In this document: positions 1-9,786 of the stretch, one piece after another
Numbering within the stretch: position 1 is the stretch's first letter
Layout: every line of letters begins with the position of its first letter
Source of the DNA: Candidatus Egerieousia excrementavium
GTDB taxonomy: Bacteria; Bacteroidota; Bacteroidia; Bacteroidales; UBA932
Reading direction: 5' to 3'
NCBI GenBank assembly: GCA_017694275.1
Contig: JADINB010000136.1
Location: 1-43,793, forward strand
DNA: 43,793 nt
Position numbers and translations under genes: made by a program
Notes under the pieces: generated by a model
Database searches by the model: none
Seen by the model: only the letters and a program-made list of their open reading frames with translations
What the model was told of the DNA's origin: nothing

Positions 1-126
1 GGCTTTATACAGAGAACCCCTCGGGGTAGAGAAGTTACAGATTTGGCATACAATCATTTGGGAATATCCAAATACAACAGTGAAAATACTCTTTTTTAAG
101 AAATGGTGAATTTAAAAGGCATGTAT

Positions 127-1350
127 ATGAAAAAAGCGGTTATATTTTTGATTTTTCTTTTTTCGTTTCTATTTGTAACTGACGTATATTGCTGTACGTC
201 GGCAATAATATCAGGGAAGTGTACCAAAGACGGCCGGCCGCTGATGTGGAAACATAGAGATACAGGAGAGCTCAATAACAGAGTAGAATATTTCAAAGGA
301 AAGAAATACGGTTTTCTTGCACTTGTAGATTCTCCTGAAAGTGATGTACCGCAAGCATGGGCTGGAACCAATTCGGAAGGGTTCTGTATAATGAATACCG
401 CTTCGTACAACCTTAAGGATGATGATGTCCCATCTTCTGAGATGGACAAGGAAGGTGTTCTTATGTTCAAGGCTTTGGGTGAATGCAAAACTCTTGAGGA
501 TTTTGAAAGGTTTCTTGACAGACATCACAGACCGATAGGTGTTGAAGCCAACTTTGGAGTAATAGATGCTTTTGGAGGAGCGGCTTACTATGAAGTAAAC
601 AACAACAGTTGGAAAAAACTCGACGTAAATGATTCTAAAACCGCCCCTCAAGGTTATTTGGTATATACCAATCATTCATTTACCGGCAGGTTTAATCAGG
701 GAATGGGTTATATCCGTTATGCCAATGCAAGACATATAATAGAACGGCACTTGGCAGAAAACCGCCTTATAACTCCCGAATGGATTTTCTCTGATCTTTC
801 GAGATCTTTCTATCATTCACTTCTCAATATAGATCTGGTCAAGGACAGCATGCTTGTAAAAGGAAGCGGTTTTTTTGTAGACCAGGATTTCATACCACGT
901 AAAAGTACAAGTGCCTCTATAGTTTTTGCAGGTGTATCGGAGGGAGAAAATCCTTTGAATACTGTAATGTGGACCATACTCGGGTATCCTCCGGTTTCCG
1001 TAGCGGTTCCCCTTTTTGTAAAGGCAGCAGAAAACCAACCGTCGTTTATGGTAAAAGGAAGTGAAAGCGACAATGCACTCATGTGCGACATGGCTTTAAG
1101 GTTAAAGGAGAACGTATTTCCCGTAAAGAGGGGTAACGGTGAAAAATACTTCAATTTTTCTTTGCTTTACAACAATCATGGGACAGGTTATATGCAGGCA
1201 ATACAATCTCTGGAAAAGAGAATATTTGACAAATCCGCTCCTTTCATTGAAAAGGTCAGAGACAAAGAGTATGACAGTGCGGCTTTTGAAGATTTCTATA
1301 ATGATCTGTTTGCCGGTATAGAGGAGGTTTACAGATTACTAGAAGATTGA
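127..1350 (+). CDS. Secreted Cys N-terminal-nucleophile (Ntn) hydrolase, C45/C69-like family
   Basis: ORF 103..1350 has in-frame ATGs at 103, 121 and 127. Starting at 127 gives the signal peptide MKKAVIFLIFLF..., ending VYC|CTSAIISGK. That exposes a Cys at the mature N-terminus, followed by DGRPLMWKHRD, as in Cys-Ntn hydrolases. The exact family cannot be resolved by eye. Confidence 0.6.
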   Translation: MKKAVIFLIFLFSFLFVTDVYCCTSAIISGKCTKDGRPLMWKHRDTGELNNRVEYFKGKKYGFLALVDSPESDVPQAWAGTNSEGFCIMNTASYNLKDDDVPSSEMDKEGVLMFKALGECKTLEDFERFLDRHHRPIGVEANFGVIDAFGGAAYYEVNNNSWKKLDVNDSKTAPQGYLVYTNHSFTGRFNQGMGYIRYANARHIIERHLAENRLITPEWIFSDLSRSFYHSLLNIDLVKDSMLVKGSGFFVDQDFIPRKSTSASIVFAGVSEGENPLNTVMWTILGYPPVSVAVPLFVKAAENQPSFMVKGSESDNALMCDMALRLKENVFPVKRGNGEKYFNFSLLYNNHGTGYMQAIQSLEKRIFDKSAPFIEKVRDKEYDSAAFEDFYNDLFAGIEEVYRLLED

Positions 1351-1357
1351 CAGGATA

Positions 1358-1388
1358 TAAAAAAAAGAGGCGAACGCCTCTTTTTTTA
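1358..1388. terminator. Bidirectional rho-independent terminator between convergent genes
   Basis: A-run, then GAGGCG-AA-CGCCTC, then T-run (aaaaaaaagaggcgaacgcctcttttttt), lying between the stop at 1350 (+) and the stop at 1407 (-). Confidence 0.6.
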
Positions 1389-1406
1389 TTATTCATATCT
1401 GTCGCC

Positions 1407-3623
1407 TTACTCTATTTTCAAATCCTGAAGTGCGACACAAAGTGCATCTGTTGTATCTGTGAATACTATTTTCACTCCTTTTATTTCTTTTCCGTTCTCA
1501 GGAACTATCACAGCGGTATTGTCTGCAAAGTCATCTCCCTTTATCCAATCTGTACCATTGTATGTATACTCTACATAACCATCGGTAACACCATATAAAT
1601 CTATGTTTGGTACTGAAGAGTTTACTGTGATCTTGCTGCATTTTACAGGTTCCTTGAAAAGGTAGGTTACATAGTCTCCTTCAACTCCTGTCCTTTCCGT
1701 TCTCCAGTATGTATTGAAATTGTAGTCTGTGACATTGGATTTTGGAAAACTGCGATGTTCTCCGAACGAAGTCTCTATTACAGTTTCAGGCTTTATATAG
1801 TCTGGCACTATATTGTCTGCAGTTACTGTTATGCTTTTGAACAGATCCTTGTAGAAAGTTGCAAAACGGAATTTTTTAGGTTCAAAAGTAACTATATCGC
1901 CTGTATAGATATTGGAGGTGCATGAAGGTTCTGAACCATCTGTTGTATATCTTACTACTGCCCAGTCGTATGGAAGAGTTACAATCAGTTTGTTATCTCT
2001 GTAAGTAACACCGGGTGCCTCTACTCTGAATGCAATGCCCATATGGAAAAGTCTTTCGAAATGTGTCTTTTCCAGACGGGTTTGAAAATCATTGAAATCT
2101 CTCAGTTCAGGGTTTGTCCAGACAGTTTCGGCCAGGGCGCAAGTGCGGGGGTAATATTGGTACTCAGAAAATCTTGACGGTTTGTTGAGCAGTTCGGCCC
2201 ATAGTGCACCTTGAGCTCCTAAAACCATATTCTTCATGTTTTCAGGAATATTGCAACTTTCAATGGGATCCAGTGAATATACTCTTTCAATAGGAATGAC
2301 TGCAGCCCAGTTATGTCCTCTTTCTGCGGGAGACTGCTTCATATCAAAATAATAGTATTCCGACAGTTGCACTACAGTCTGATGTCCTCTTTCAACGGCT
2401 TCCAACGGTTTCTTTATATTTCTCCATGAATAGATGCGGGTAGAAGGGTCGAGTCTGCCTCCGTCCAGAATTTCGTCCCATCCGGCCATAGTCTTGCCAT
2501 ATTTGTTTATGATGGTCTCTACTTTATGCATGAAGTAGTTCTGCAACTCGGCAGGATCCTTCATATTCATTTTCTTCATGAGGGCGTGGCATTTCGAGCA
2601 TTCTTTCCAGTTGTCCATATTCACTTCATCTCCGCCTACATGAATTATTTTTGAAGGAAAGAGGGCTGCCACTTCCTTTATGATATTGTCAAGCATTTTG
2701 TAATTATCTTCATTGCCTACGCACCAGACATTCTTTACCTCTCCGTTTATGCTTACGAAATGTGTCTTGTTGTCGCATCCGGTCTGAGGGTATGTGGAGA
2801 TTACGGCTTTGCTGTGTCCCGGCATGTCTATTTCCGGTATAATCTCTATGTTTCTTTTTGCAGCATATTCTATTACCTCTTTAATCTCCTTTTGCGTATA
2901 GAAGCCGCCATATCTTTTGTTTCCTGAGCCATATGCTGCCGGAAGTACTTCTCCCGGGCCTCTCCATGCTCCCTTTGAGGTCAGTTCAGGATATTTTTTT
3001 ATCTCTATTCTCCAACCGTTGTCATCTGTTATGTGCCATTGGAATACGTTAAGTTTATGATATGCCATCCAGTCAAGGAACCTGTAGATGTAGTCAAGGC
3101 TGAAGAATGTGCGTGAAACGTCCATCATAAGTCCTCTATAGGGAAATCTCGGGCTGTCTTCTATTCTTACGCACGGTACTTCCCATTTTTCATCTCCTGT
3201 AGGATTGCCGTAAACAGAAGGAGGAAGCAGTTGCAGCAGTGTCTGTATGGCATAAAAACTGCCTTTGGAAGTAGAGGATGTGGCAACAATTTTTTCCGGA
3301 GTTACACTGAGTACATATCCCTCCTGTGGAATATTGCTTTCAGGATCTATGGTGAGAGTTATGGTATTGCTCTCCTCCTTGTTTCCGCCCTGCCTTATTC
3401 CGAGTCCGGTTGAGTTGTTGAGTATGTCGGCCAGATATCGGGCGTTAAAAGGGTCGTCGGAAACTATTGCGGTTTCTGGATTGAGTTTGAAAACTCCCTC
3501 TTTTTCCTCCACTTTTTGAGGTTTGGGTATAAGGTCCAGATTATGCCTGGCCTGTTCATGTGCAGTGAGATATGCCGGCAAAAGCATGAATAAGATAGAA
3601 AAAACAGTTAGCAGATGTTTCAT
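1407..3623 (-). CDS. GH20 beta-N-acetylhexosaminidase with C-terminal F5/8 type C (discoidin-like) domain
   Basis: GH20 motifs HITDDNGWRIEIKKYPELT and HVGGDEV are present. The C-terminal segment NVTDYNFNTYWRTE looks discoidin-like. I trimmed the start to MKHLLTVFSILFMLLPAYLTA (signal peptide, ATG at 3623). The 69-aa upstream extension of the ORF overlaps frdA and reads as junk. Confidence 0.9.
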   Translation of the reverse strand: MKHLLTVFSILFMLLPAYLTAHEQARHNLDLIPKPQKVEEKEGVFKLNPETAIVSDDPFNARYLADILNNSTGLGIRQGGNKEESNTITLTIDPESNIPQEGYVLSVTPEKIVATSSTSKGSFYAIQTLLQLLPPSVYGNPTGDEKWEVPCVRIEDSPRFPYRGLMMDVSRTFFSLDYIYRFLDWMAYHKLNVFQWHITDDNGWRIEIKKYPELTSKGAWRGPGEVLPAAYGSGNKRYGGFYTQKEIKEVIEYAAKRNIEIIPEIDMPGHSKAVISTYPQTGCDNKTHFVSINGEVKNVWCVGNEDNYKMLDNIIKEVAALFPSKIIHVGGDEVNMDNWKECSKCHALMKKMNMKDPAELQNYFMHKVETIINKYGKTMAGWDEILDGGRLDPSTRIYSWRNIKKPLEAVERGHQTVVQLSEYYYFDMKQSPAERGHNWAAVIPIERVYSLDPIESCNIPENMKNMVLGAQGALWAELLNKPSRFSEYQYYPRTCALAETVWTNPELRDFNDFQTRLEKTHFERLFHMGIAFRVEAPGVTYRDNKLIVTLPYDWAVVRYTTDGSEPSCTSNIYTGDIVTFEPKKFRFATFYKDLFKSITVTADNIVPDYIKPETVIETSFGEHRSFPKSNVTDYNFNTYWRTERTGVEGDYVTYLFKEPVKCSKITVNSSVPNIDLYGVTDGYVEYTYNGTDWIKGDDFADNTAVIVPENGKEIKGVKIVFTDTTDALCVALQDLKIE

Positions 3624-3772
3624 TTTACAAAGTGTTAAATTAACATTGAAATTGCGTGTAAAAATACAAAAAAGAGTTCTTTTACACATACTCGGTAAAT
3701 ATAAAGGCAATAAATTGCTAATTTGCCAAAAAGTGACTAAAATTGTGAAAATTTTTCTATAATAAATAAATA

Positions 3773-5719
3773 ATGGCCGAAAAATTAATATCACACATTC
3801 CTGAAGGGCCTTTGGCTGAAAAGTGGACAAAGCATAAGGCTCAGATTCGAGTAGTCAGTCCGGCTAACAAGCGGAAAATGGAGATCATAGTAATTGGTAC
3901 CGGTTTGGGTGGTGCCTCTGCTGCCGCTTCATTGGGCGAACTCGGGTACAATGTAAAAGTCTTCTGCATCAGTGACTCCCCAAGAAGAGCGCACTCCATT
4001 GCGGCTCAGGGAGGTATAAATGCAGCTAAGAACTATCAGAACGATAATGATTCGGTATATCGTCTCTTTTACGATACCATAAAGGGCGGTGACTACCGAA
4101 GCAGAGAGGCCAACGTATACCGTTTGGCCGAGGTAAGCAACAATATAATAGATCAGTGTGTTGCACAAGGAGTTCCTTTTGCAAGAGAGTATGGCGGACT
4201 GCTCGACAACCGTTCGTTCGGAGGAGCACAGGTAAGCCGTACCTTCTATGCACGCGGCCAAACCGGTCAGCAGCTTCTGCTTGGTGCCTATGCCGCGCTC
4301 AACAGGCAGATTGCCAAGGGTACGGTAAAATCTTATCCCCGTCACGAGATGCTTGATCTTGTACTTATCAACGGTGAGGCAAAGGGAATTATTGCACGTA
4401 ATATTGTTACGGGAGAGATTGAGCGCTTTGGTGCTCATGCCGTAGTCATTGCCAGCGGCGGATACGGCAATGTATATTTCCTCTCTACAAATGCAATGAA
4501 CAGCAACGGTTCTGCTGCATGGCAGTGTTACAAGAAAGGTGCATGTTTTGCAAATCCTTGTTTTGCCCAGATTCACCCTACATGTATTCCGGTTCACGGT
4601 ACGCAGCAGTCAAAACTTACCCTTATGAGCGAGTCTTTGAGAAATGACGGAAGAATATGGGTACCCAAGAAAAAGGAGGATGTGGAGAAACTGAGGAAAA
4701 AACAGATAAAACCTTCGCAGATACCTGAAGAAGACAGAGATTACTACCTTGAGAGAAGGTATCCTGCCTTTGGCAACCTTGTACCGCGTGATGTGGCTTC
4801 AAGAGCAGCCAAAGAGAGGTGCGATGCAGGCTTTGGTGTAAACGAAACAGGCCTTGCGGTATTCCTCGATTTCAAGACTGCAATTGAAAGGCTGGGGGAG
4901 AAGGTCATTACAGAGCGCTATGGGAATCTCTTCCAGATGTATGAAAAGATTACAGATACTAATCCTTACAAGGAGCCTATGATGATTTACCCTGCAATCC
5001 ACTATACCATGGGCGGTCTTTGGGTAGATTATAATCTTCAGACGACCATCCCAGGTCTTTATGCGATAGGTGAGGCCAACTTCAGCGACCATGGCGGAAA
5101 CCGTCTGGGAGCATCGGCTCTTATGCAGGGTCTGGCAGACGGCTATTTCATTCTTCCTTATACGATAGGAGATTACCTTTCACACAAATTCAGTGAGCCT
5201 AAGACAGATACCAATGCTCCTGAATTCGAGGCTGCGGAGAAGGCAGTGAAAGAGAAGATAGCAAAACTTCTGGCTATCAAGGGTAAGAAAACTGTCGATG
5301 AAATGCATAAGGAGCTTGGCCATATCATGTGGGAGTATGTTGGCATGGCCCGTAACGAGGCAGGTCTCAAGACTGCAATAGAGAAGATAAAGGAACTTAA
5401 GAAGGAGTTCTGGAGCAATGTTTATGTTGCAGGTACAAACGAGCAGTTCAACCAGGAGCTTGAAAAGGCCTTGAGGCTGGCAGACTTCTTTGAAATCGGC
5501 GAACTTATGGCTATCGACGCACTGGACAGAAAGGAATCTTGCGGAGGACATTTCCGTGAGGAGATGCAGACAGAAGACGGCGAAACAAAGCGTGACGACG
5601 AGCATTACATGTATGTTGCCGCGTGGGAGTATCAGGGTGAAGGTAAGGAACCGAAACTGCACAAGGAGCCGTTGAAATATGAAAATATCAAGATTGCAGT
5701 TAGAAATTATAAAGACTAA
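3773..5719 (+). CDS. frdA: Fumarate reductase/succinate dehydrogenase flavoprotein subunit
   Basis: FAD-binding fold [19 protein letters not shown], plus the motifs [17 protein letters not shown] and [10 protein letters not shown]. At 648 aa it matches the type-B (Bacteroides-type) FrdA. Confidence 0.95.
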   Translation: MAEKLISHIPEGPLAEKWTKHKAQIRVVSPANKRKMEIIVIGTGLGGASAAASLGELGYNVKVFCISDSPRRAHSIAAQGGINAAKNYQNDNDSVYRLFYDTIKGGDYRSREANVYRLAEVSNNIIDQCVAQGVPFAREYGGLLDNRSFGGAQVSRTFYARGQTGQQLLLGAYAALNRQIAKGTVKSYPRHEMLDLVLINGEAKGIIARNIVTGEIERFGAHAVVIASGGYGNVYFLSTNAMNSNGSAAWQCYKKGACFANPCFAQIHPTCIPVHGTQQSKLTLMSESLRNDGRIWVPKKKEDVEKLRKKQIKPSQIPEEDRDYYLERRYPAFGNLVPRDVASRAAKERCDAGFGVNETGLAVFLDFKTAIERLGEKVITERYGNLFQMYEKITDTNPYKEPMMIYPAIHYTMGGLWVDYNLQTTIPGLYAIGEANFSDHGGNRLGASALMQGLADGYFILPYTIGDYLSHKFSEPKTDTNAPEFEAAEKAVKEKIAKLLAIKGKKTVDEMHKELGHIMWEYVGMARNEAGLKTAIEKIKELKKEFWSNVYVAGTNEQFNQELEKALRLADFFEIGELMAIDALDRKESCGGHFREEMQTEDGETKRDDEHYMYVAAWEYQGEGKEPKLHKEPLKYENIKIAVRNYKD

Positions 5720-5734
5720 GAGGAGAGATAAGAT

Positions 5735-6514
5735 ATGGATTTAACTTTAAAGGTTTGGCGTCAGAAAAATGCAAAGGAAAAGGGCCATTTTGAGACATAT
5801 CAAGTCAAGGGTATATCTCCCGACAGCTCTTTCTTAGAGATGATGGATATTCTCAATGAACAACTTATTAAAGAGAATATCGATCCGGTTGCAATAAATA
5901 AGGGATGCAAGAGCAGCGGTCCTGTAAGTTTCGACCACGACTGCCGTGAAGGAATTTGCGGTGCATGCTCGCTCTATATTAACGGAAGGGCGCATGGTCC
6001 TGACAATGACGTAACGACATGCCAGTTACACATGCGTAAGTTCAAGGATGGCGATACCATTACAATCGAACCATGGAGAAGTGCGGCTTTTCCGGTAATC
6101 AAGGATTTGGTTGTAGACCGCGGCGCATTTGACAAGATTCTGCAGGCAGGAGGATTTATCTCTGTCAATACAGGCGGAGTCCCGGATGCAAATGCAATTC
6201 CCATTGCAAAGAAAAATGCAGATTTAAGCATGGATGCTGCTGCATGTGTCGGTTGTGGAGCATGCGTGGCAACATGTAAGAACGGTTCTGCAATGCTCTT
6301 TGTATCTGCAAGGGTCAGCAGCCTCGCACTCCTTCCTCAGGGAAAGGTTGAAGCGGCCCGCAGGGCGAAGAACATGGTTGCAAAGATGGATGAACTGGGA
6401 TTTGGTGCGTGTACAAACACACGCGCCTGTGAGATGGAGTGCCCCAAGAATATCTCGGTTACAAATATTGCAAGACTCAACCGCGAGTTCCTCTGTGCAA
6501 AACTGAAAGACTAG
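5735..6514 (+). CDS. frdB: Fumarate reductase/succinate dehydrogenase iron-sulfur subunit
   Basis: Three Cys clusters are present: [21 protein letters not shown] and [12 protein letters not shown]. The gene starts 15 bp after frdA. Confidence 0.95.
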   Translation: MDLTLKVWRQKNAKEKGHFETYQVKGISPDSSFLEMMDILNEQLIKENIDPVAINKGCKSSGPVSFDHDCREGICGACSLYINGRAHGPDNDVTTCQLHMRKFKDGDTITIEPWRSAAFPVIKDLVVDRGAFDKILQAGGFISVNTGGVPDANAIPIAKKNADLSMDAAACVGCGACVATCKNGSAMLFVSARVSSLALLPQGKVEAARRAKNMVAKMDELGFGACTNTRACEMECPKNISVTNIARLNREFLCAKLKD

Positions 6515-6548
6515 AAGCCATTTAATTTCAGGTAAAATGAAGTTGTAT

Positions 6549-6580
6549 AATCCGGGCCAAAGCGGTCCGGATTATTTTTT
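6549..6580 (+). terminator. Rho-independent terminator of frdAB
   Basis: Stem TCCGGGCC / GGTCCGGA with loop AAAGC, followed by TTATTTTTT. Confidence 0.6.
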
Positions 6581-6595
6581 CCTATTTTTTACCGT

Positions 6596-6613
6596 AAAGG
6601 CAATGTTGCCTTT
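6596..6613. repeat. 8-2-8 palindrome AAAGGCAA-TG-TTGCCTTT, 16 bp upstream of the recombinase ATG
   Basis: Two perfect 8-nt inverted arms surround a central dinucleotide. The function is unknown; it could be an operator or a recombinase binding site. Confidence 0.35.
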
Positions 6614-6628
6614 GTTAAAATCAAATAT

Positions 6629-7279
6629 ATGGTAACAGGTTATTTACGGGTCAGTACAGGAAAACAACATCCTGCAAATCAGCAAGACGAAATAATACGT
6701 TTTGCAAAAGAGAGAAACATTACGGTCGACAACTGGATAACAGATGTGGCCAGTGGAAAGAAAAAAGAGCGTGACCGCAAGCTGGGCGGCTTGCTGCGGC
6801 GAATGAAAAAAGGCGATACTCTTATAGTGACAGAAGTTTCGCGGTTAAGCAGAACGCTAACAGAAGTTATGTATATAATGGGGCGATGTCTTGAAAAGGG
6901 GATAAATCTATATACGACAAAAGAGGGTTATGTATTCGACAATTCCATAAACAGCAAGGTACTTTGCTTTGCATTCGGGCTTGTTGCCGAGATAGAGCAT
7001 AATCTGATTTCGCTCAGGACGAAAGAGGCCCTTGCCCTTAGAAGGGCAGAGGGCATAAAGCTTGGAAGGAGAAAGGGAACATGTACAAAACAAAATTATC
7101 TCTCGGAGCACAGGCAGGAGATAATAAGGCTTTTTAACAGAGACTGTTCCGTAACGGAAATATGCCGGCGCTTTAATGTATCGCGCGAGACCTTCAGCAA
7201 TTTCAAAAAGAAGTATGTTTCTGTAGAAAAAGCATTGCTGGCCAAGGAGGCGCGCAGGCACAACCGAGACGCAGCGTGA
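6629..7279 (+). CDS. Small serine recombinase (resolvase/invertase family, Mpi-like)
   Basis: N-terminal catalytic motif GYLRVSTGKQ carries the Ser nucleophile. A resolvase core follows (DTLIVTEVSRLSR, E-helix AEIEHNLISLRTKEAL), with a C-terminal HTH (CSVTEICRRFNVSRETF). Length is 216 aa. Confidence 0.9.
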   Translation: MVTGYLRVSTGKQHPANQQDEIIRFAKERNITVDNWITDVASGKKKERDRKLGGLLRRMKKGDTLIVTEVSRLSRTLTEVMYIMGRCLEKGINLYTTKEGYVFDNSINSKVLCFAFGLVAEIEHNLISLRTKEALALRRAEGIKLGRRKGTCTKQNYLSEHRQEIIRLFNRDCSVTEICRRFNVSRETFSNFKKKYVSVEKALLAKEARRHNRDAA

Positions 7280-7316
7280 TTGTAACGAAGTTAAAATATG
7301 AAAGTTTAAAATAAGA

Positions 7317-7358
7317 AAGTGCGTCAGAACGGGGTTTCTTCCGTTTGACGCACTTTTA
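7317..7358. terminator. Bidirectional terminator hairpin
   Basis: AAGTGCGTCA(G)AACGG - ggtttctt - CCGTTTGACGCACTT, lying between the convergent stops at 7279 (+) and 7371 (-). Confidence 0.55.
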
Positions 7359-7370
7359 TCAGGAAAACTT

Positions 7371-8516
7371 CTATTTTTTCTGTGGATTGGCCTTTTCTGC
7401 GTTCTTTATGAATTCTACGATTTTTTCTACAGGGATAGGCTTGACTACATTATCCTTATATCCCTTGACTTCATGTGCGGCAAAGAGTGAATTCCACAAA
7501 GCCTCTGCGGTTGCCTCTATGGTTGCCAGAAACAGGGGAGACATGTCATCGTTCTGGAGAACTTTGGGCTGGTAAAAAGGTTTGCTTTCGTCTATCAGAT
7601 TCTCTTTGCATACAGACATTGCTATTACATAGTCTCCGCTGCCGTTGGAGGCTATTCCTCCGGTTTTGGCAAGGCCCATCATTGCTCTTTTGGCCATTCT
7701 CTCCAGATTCCTTGAATCTACTGGAGCATCTGTAATGACAACCATCATGCATGATCCGTCGACATCCTGCATTACATTCTCCCTGAAATAGTAGTGTTCA
7801 AGCATTTGCCCGACAGGAACTCCTGCAATTTCCAGAACTCCGCCATAGTTGGACTGTACGATAACTCCGACAGTATAGCCTCCGAGGCTTTTGGGCAGTA
7901 CTCTTGACGAGGTGCCGATTCCGCCTTTGAACCCAAATGCCACTGTTCCGGTACCGGCTCCTACAACACCCTCTTCCACAGGGCCGCCCTTGGCATTTTC
8001 TATGGCTTCCAAAACCATTTCCTTTGTAATATAGCGTGCTCTTATGTTGTTGAGTTCACCATCGTTCGTCTCACCTACAACGGCATTTACCGAGCGGACG
8101 TTTTCGTTGCCGGGTTGCTTGAGCGTATATTCTATGAGCCCGCTTATCCCTTCTGCAACGTTAAGGGTGTTTGTAAGTATCACTGGAGTTTCAATGTTGC
8201 CCAGTTCCTGGACTTGGGTTGATCCGGCAAGTTTGCCGAATCCGTTTCCGGCATATATGCCTGCCGGTATCTTGTTTTGGAAAATATTGCCCTGGTGTGG
8301 GACAATTGCGGTTACGCCGGTTCGTATATCATCTCCGACTATGCATGTAACATGGCCTACAGTAACGCCAGGCACATCTGTAATTGCATTGTTTTCACCA
8401 GTCTTGAAAATTCCGGTGTTAATGCCGAAATCTCGCATTCTTTTTTGTCCGTTTGCTTGCATGGTTCCCGTAATTAAGAAAAAGATTGCCCAAAGGAGCA
8501 AAATTGTTTGTTTCAT
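7371..8516 (-). CDS. Secreted DmpA/P1 (S58) family aminopeptidase-like protein
   Basis: Signal peptide MKQTILLLWAIFFLITGTMQA. Family-typical segments are present: NAITDVPGVTVGH, TGVTAI and GAGTGTVAFGFKGGIGTSS. Confidence 0.8.
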   Translation of the reverse strand: MKQTILLLWAIFFLITGTMQANGQKRMRDFGINTGIFKTGENNAITDVPGVTVGHVTCIVGDDIRTGVTAIVPHQGNIFQNKIPAGIYAGNGFGKLAGSTQVQELGNIETPVILTNTLNVAEGISGLIEYTLKQPGNENVRSVNAVVGETNDGELNNIRARYITKEMVLEAIENAKGGPVEEGVVGAGTGTVAFGFKGGIGTSSRVLPKSLGGYTVGVIVQSNYGGVLEIAGVPVGQMLEHYYFRENVMQDVDGSCMMVVITDAPVDSRNLERMAKRAMMGLAKTGGIASNGSGDYVIAMSVCKENLIDESKPFYQPKVLQNDDMSPLFLATIEATAEALWNSLFAAHEVKGYKDNVVKPIPVEKIVEFIKNAEKANPQKK

Positions 8517-8539
8517 TTAAAATGTCTTTAATGTTTTTA

Positions 8540-8547
8540 CAAAGATA
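8540..8547 (-). promoter_or_regulatory. Bacteroidota -7 box (TATCTTTG on the minus strand) for the DmpA-like gene
   Basis: Matches TAnnTTTG, 24 bp upstream of the ATG at 8516. Confidence 0.4.
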
Positions 8548-8559
8548 ATTTATAGTTTA

Positions 8560-8567
8560 TACTTTTG
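8560..8567 (+). promoter_or_regulatory. Bacteroidota -7 box (TACTTTTG) for hflX
   Basis: Matches TAnnTTTG, 32 bp upstream of the ATG at 8599. Confidence 0.4.
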
Positions 8568-8598
8568 TAAAAAATTTGTTCAAGTTATTTTCAAGTAT

Positions 8599-9762
8599 AT
8601 GGAGAGAGCGGTTTTTGTATCGATAGTGACACCCGAAGTTACCATGGAGCAGGTTTCAGAATATCTGGACGAGTTGCAGTTCCTTGCTGAAACAGCCGGG
8701 GTTGAAGGTGACAAGAGGTTTATCCAGAGGATGGAGCGGGCAAATTCCAAAAGTTACGTAGGAGCCGGGAAATTGGAGGAAATTAAGACTTATATACTGG
8801 AAAATGAGATAGATCTGGTTATTTTCGATGATGAACTTTCTCCTTCCCAACTGAGAAATCTCGACCGAGAGCTTAATTGCCGGATTCTGGACAGAACAAA
8901 CCTTATTCTTGATATTTTTGCGCAGAGGGCCAAGACAGCCTACGCAAAGACACAGGTAGAACTGGCCCAATATCAGTACCTGCTGCCTCGTCTTACCAGA
9001 ATGTGGACGCACCTGGAGAGGCAGCGCGGAGGTATTGGCATGAGGGGCCCGGGAGAGAGCCAGATTGAGACAGACCGGCGTATTATTCTTGACAAGATAA
9101 GCAGGCTCAAGGAGCATCTAAGGAAAATTGACCGTCAGATGGCTTCACAACGCGGGAACCGCGGGAATCTTGTGCGTATTTCGCTTGTGGGTTATACTAA
9201 CGTTGGTAAAAGTACAATTATGAATCTGCTTGCCAAAAGTGAGGTATTTGCGGAAAACAAGCTTTTTGCCACCCTGGATACGACAGTACGCAAGGTTGTA
9301 ATAGAAAACGTACCCTTTTTGCTGAGCGATACGGTTGGTTTCATACGAAAGTTGCCGCATCAGCTTGTAGAATCATTCAAAAGCACTCTCGACGAAGTGC
9401 GTGAAGCGGATATTCTCATGCATGTGGTTGACATCTCGCATCCCAATTTCGAGGAGCAGATAAGGGTTGTAAAGCAGACTCTGCATGACATAGGTGCGGC
9501 TGACAAGCCTGTCTATATGGTCTTCAATAAGATAGATGCTTATGAATATGTGGAGCAGGACGAGTTCTCCCTGGATGAGAAAAAAGCGGAAAACTACACA
9601 TTGGATGAGTTGAAGAAAACATGGATGTACAAGGAGAATACCCCTGCCATTTTCATATCTGCAAGGGAAAAGCTCCATATAGACAAACTAAGGAACGATT
9701 TGTACAAAATGGTGGCTGAAATCCATGCCGGACGCTGGCCTTTCGACAATTTTCTTTGGTAA
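8599..9762 (+). CDS. hflX: GTPase HflX
   Basis: G1 motif GYTNVGKST, G3 motif DTVGF, G4 motif NKID, and the HflX N-terminal domain with LAQYQYLLPRL. Confidence 0.9.
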   Translation: MERAVFVSIVTPEVTMEQVSEYLDELQFLAETAGVEGDKRFIQRMERANSKSYVGAGKLEEIKTYILENEIDLVIFDDELSPSQLRNLDRELNCRILDRTNLILDIFAQRAKTAYAKTQVELAQYQYLLPRLTRMWTHLERQRGGIGMRGPGESQIETDRRIILDKISRLKEHLRKIDRQMASQRGNRGNLVRISLVGYTNVGKSTIMNLLAKSEVFAENKLFATLDTTVRKVVIENVPFLLSDTVGFIRKLPHQLVESFKSTLDEVREADILMHVVDISHPNFEEQIRVVKQTLHDIGAADKPVYMVFNKIDAYEYVEQDEFSLDEKKAENYTLDELKKTWMYKENTPAIFISAREKLHIDKLRNDLYKMVAEIHAGRWPFDNFLW

Positions 9763-9786
9763 AAGTAAAAGGGTAGGGGAGTGCCC

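Noticed and set aside
3624-3830. The upstream 69-codon extension of the GH20 ORF, which overlaps the frdA start.
   Set aside because: The extension has no signal peptide or homology-like sequence. The internal MKHLLTVFSILFMLLPAYL is a typical signal peptide, and trimming to it removes the overlap.
3702-6604. The 10-mer TAAAGGCAAT occurs as a direct repeat at 3702..3711 (upstream of frdA) and at 6595..6604 (the left arm of the palindrome upstream of the recombinase). The two copies bracket frdAB exactly, which tempts the idea of an excisable frdAB cassette.
   Set aside because: A third near-copy (TAAAGGCAAG followed by TTGC) sits inside the ybeY coding sequence at about 12650..12664, so this AT-rich word recurs by chance in the window. 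The 3702 copy lacks a proper inverted arm, having only GGCAA-N12-TTGCC. The evidence is not strong enough without read-level support for excision.
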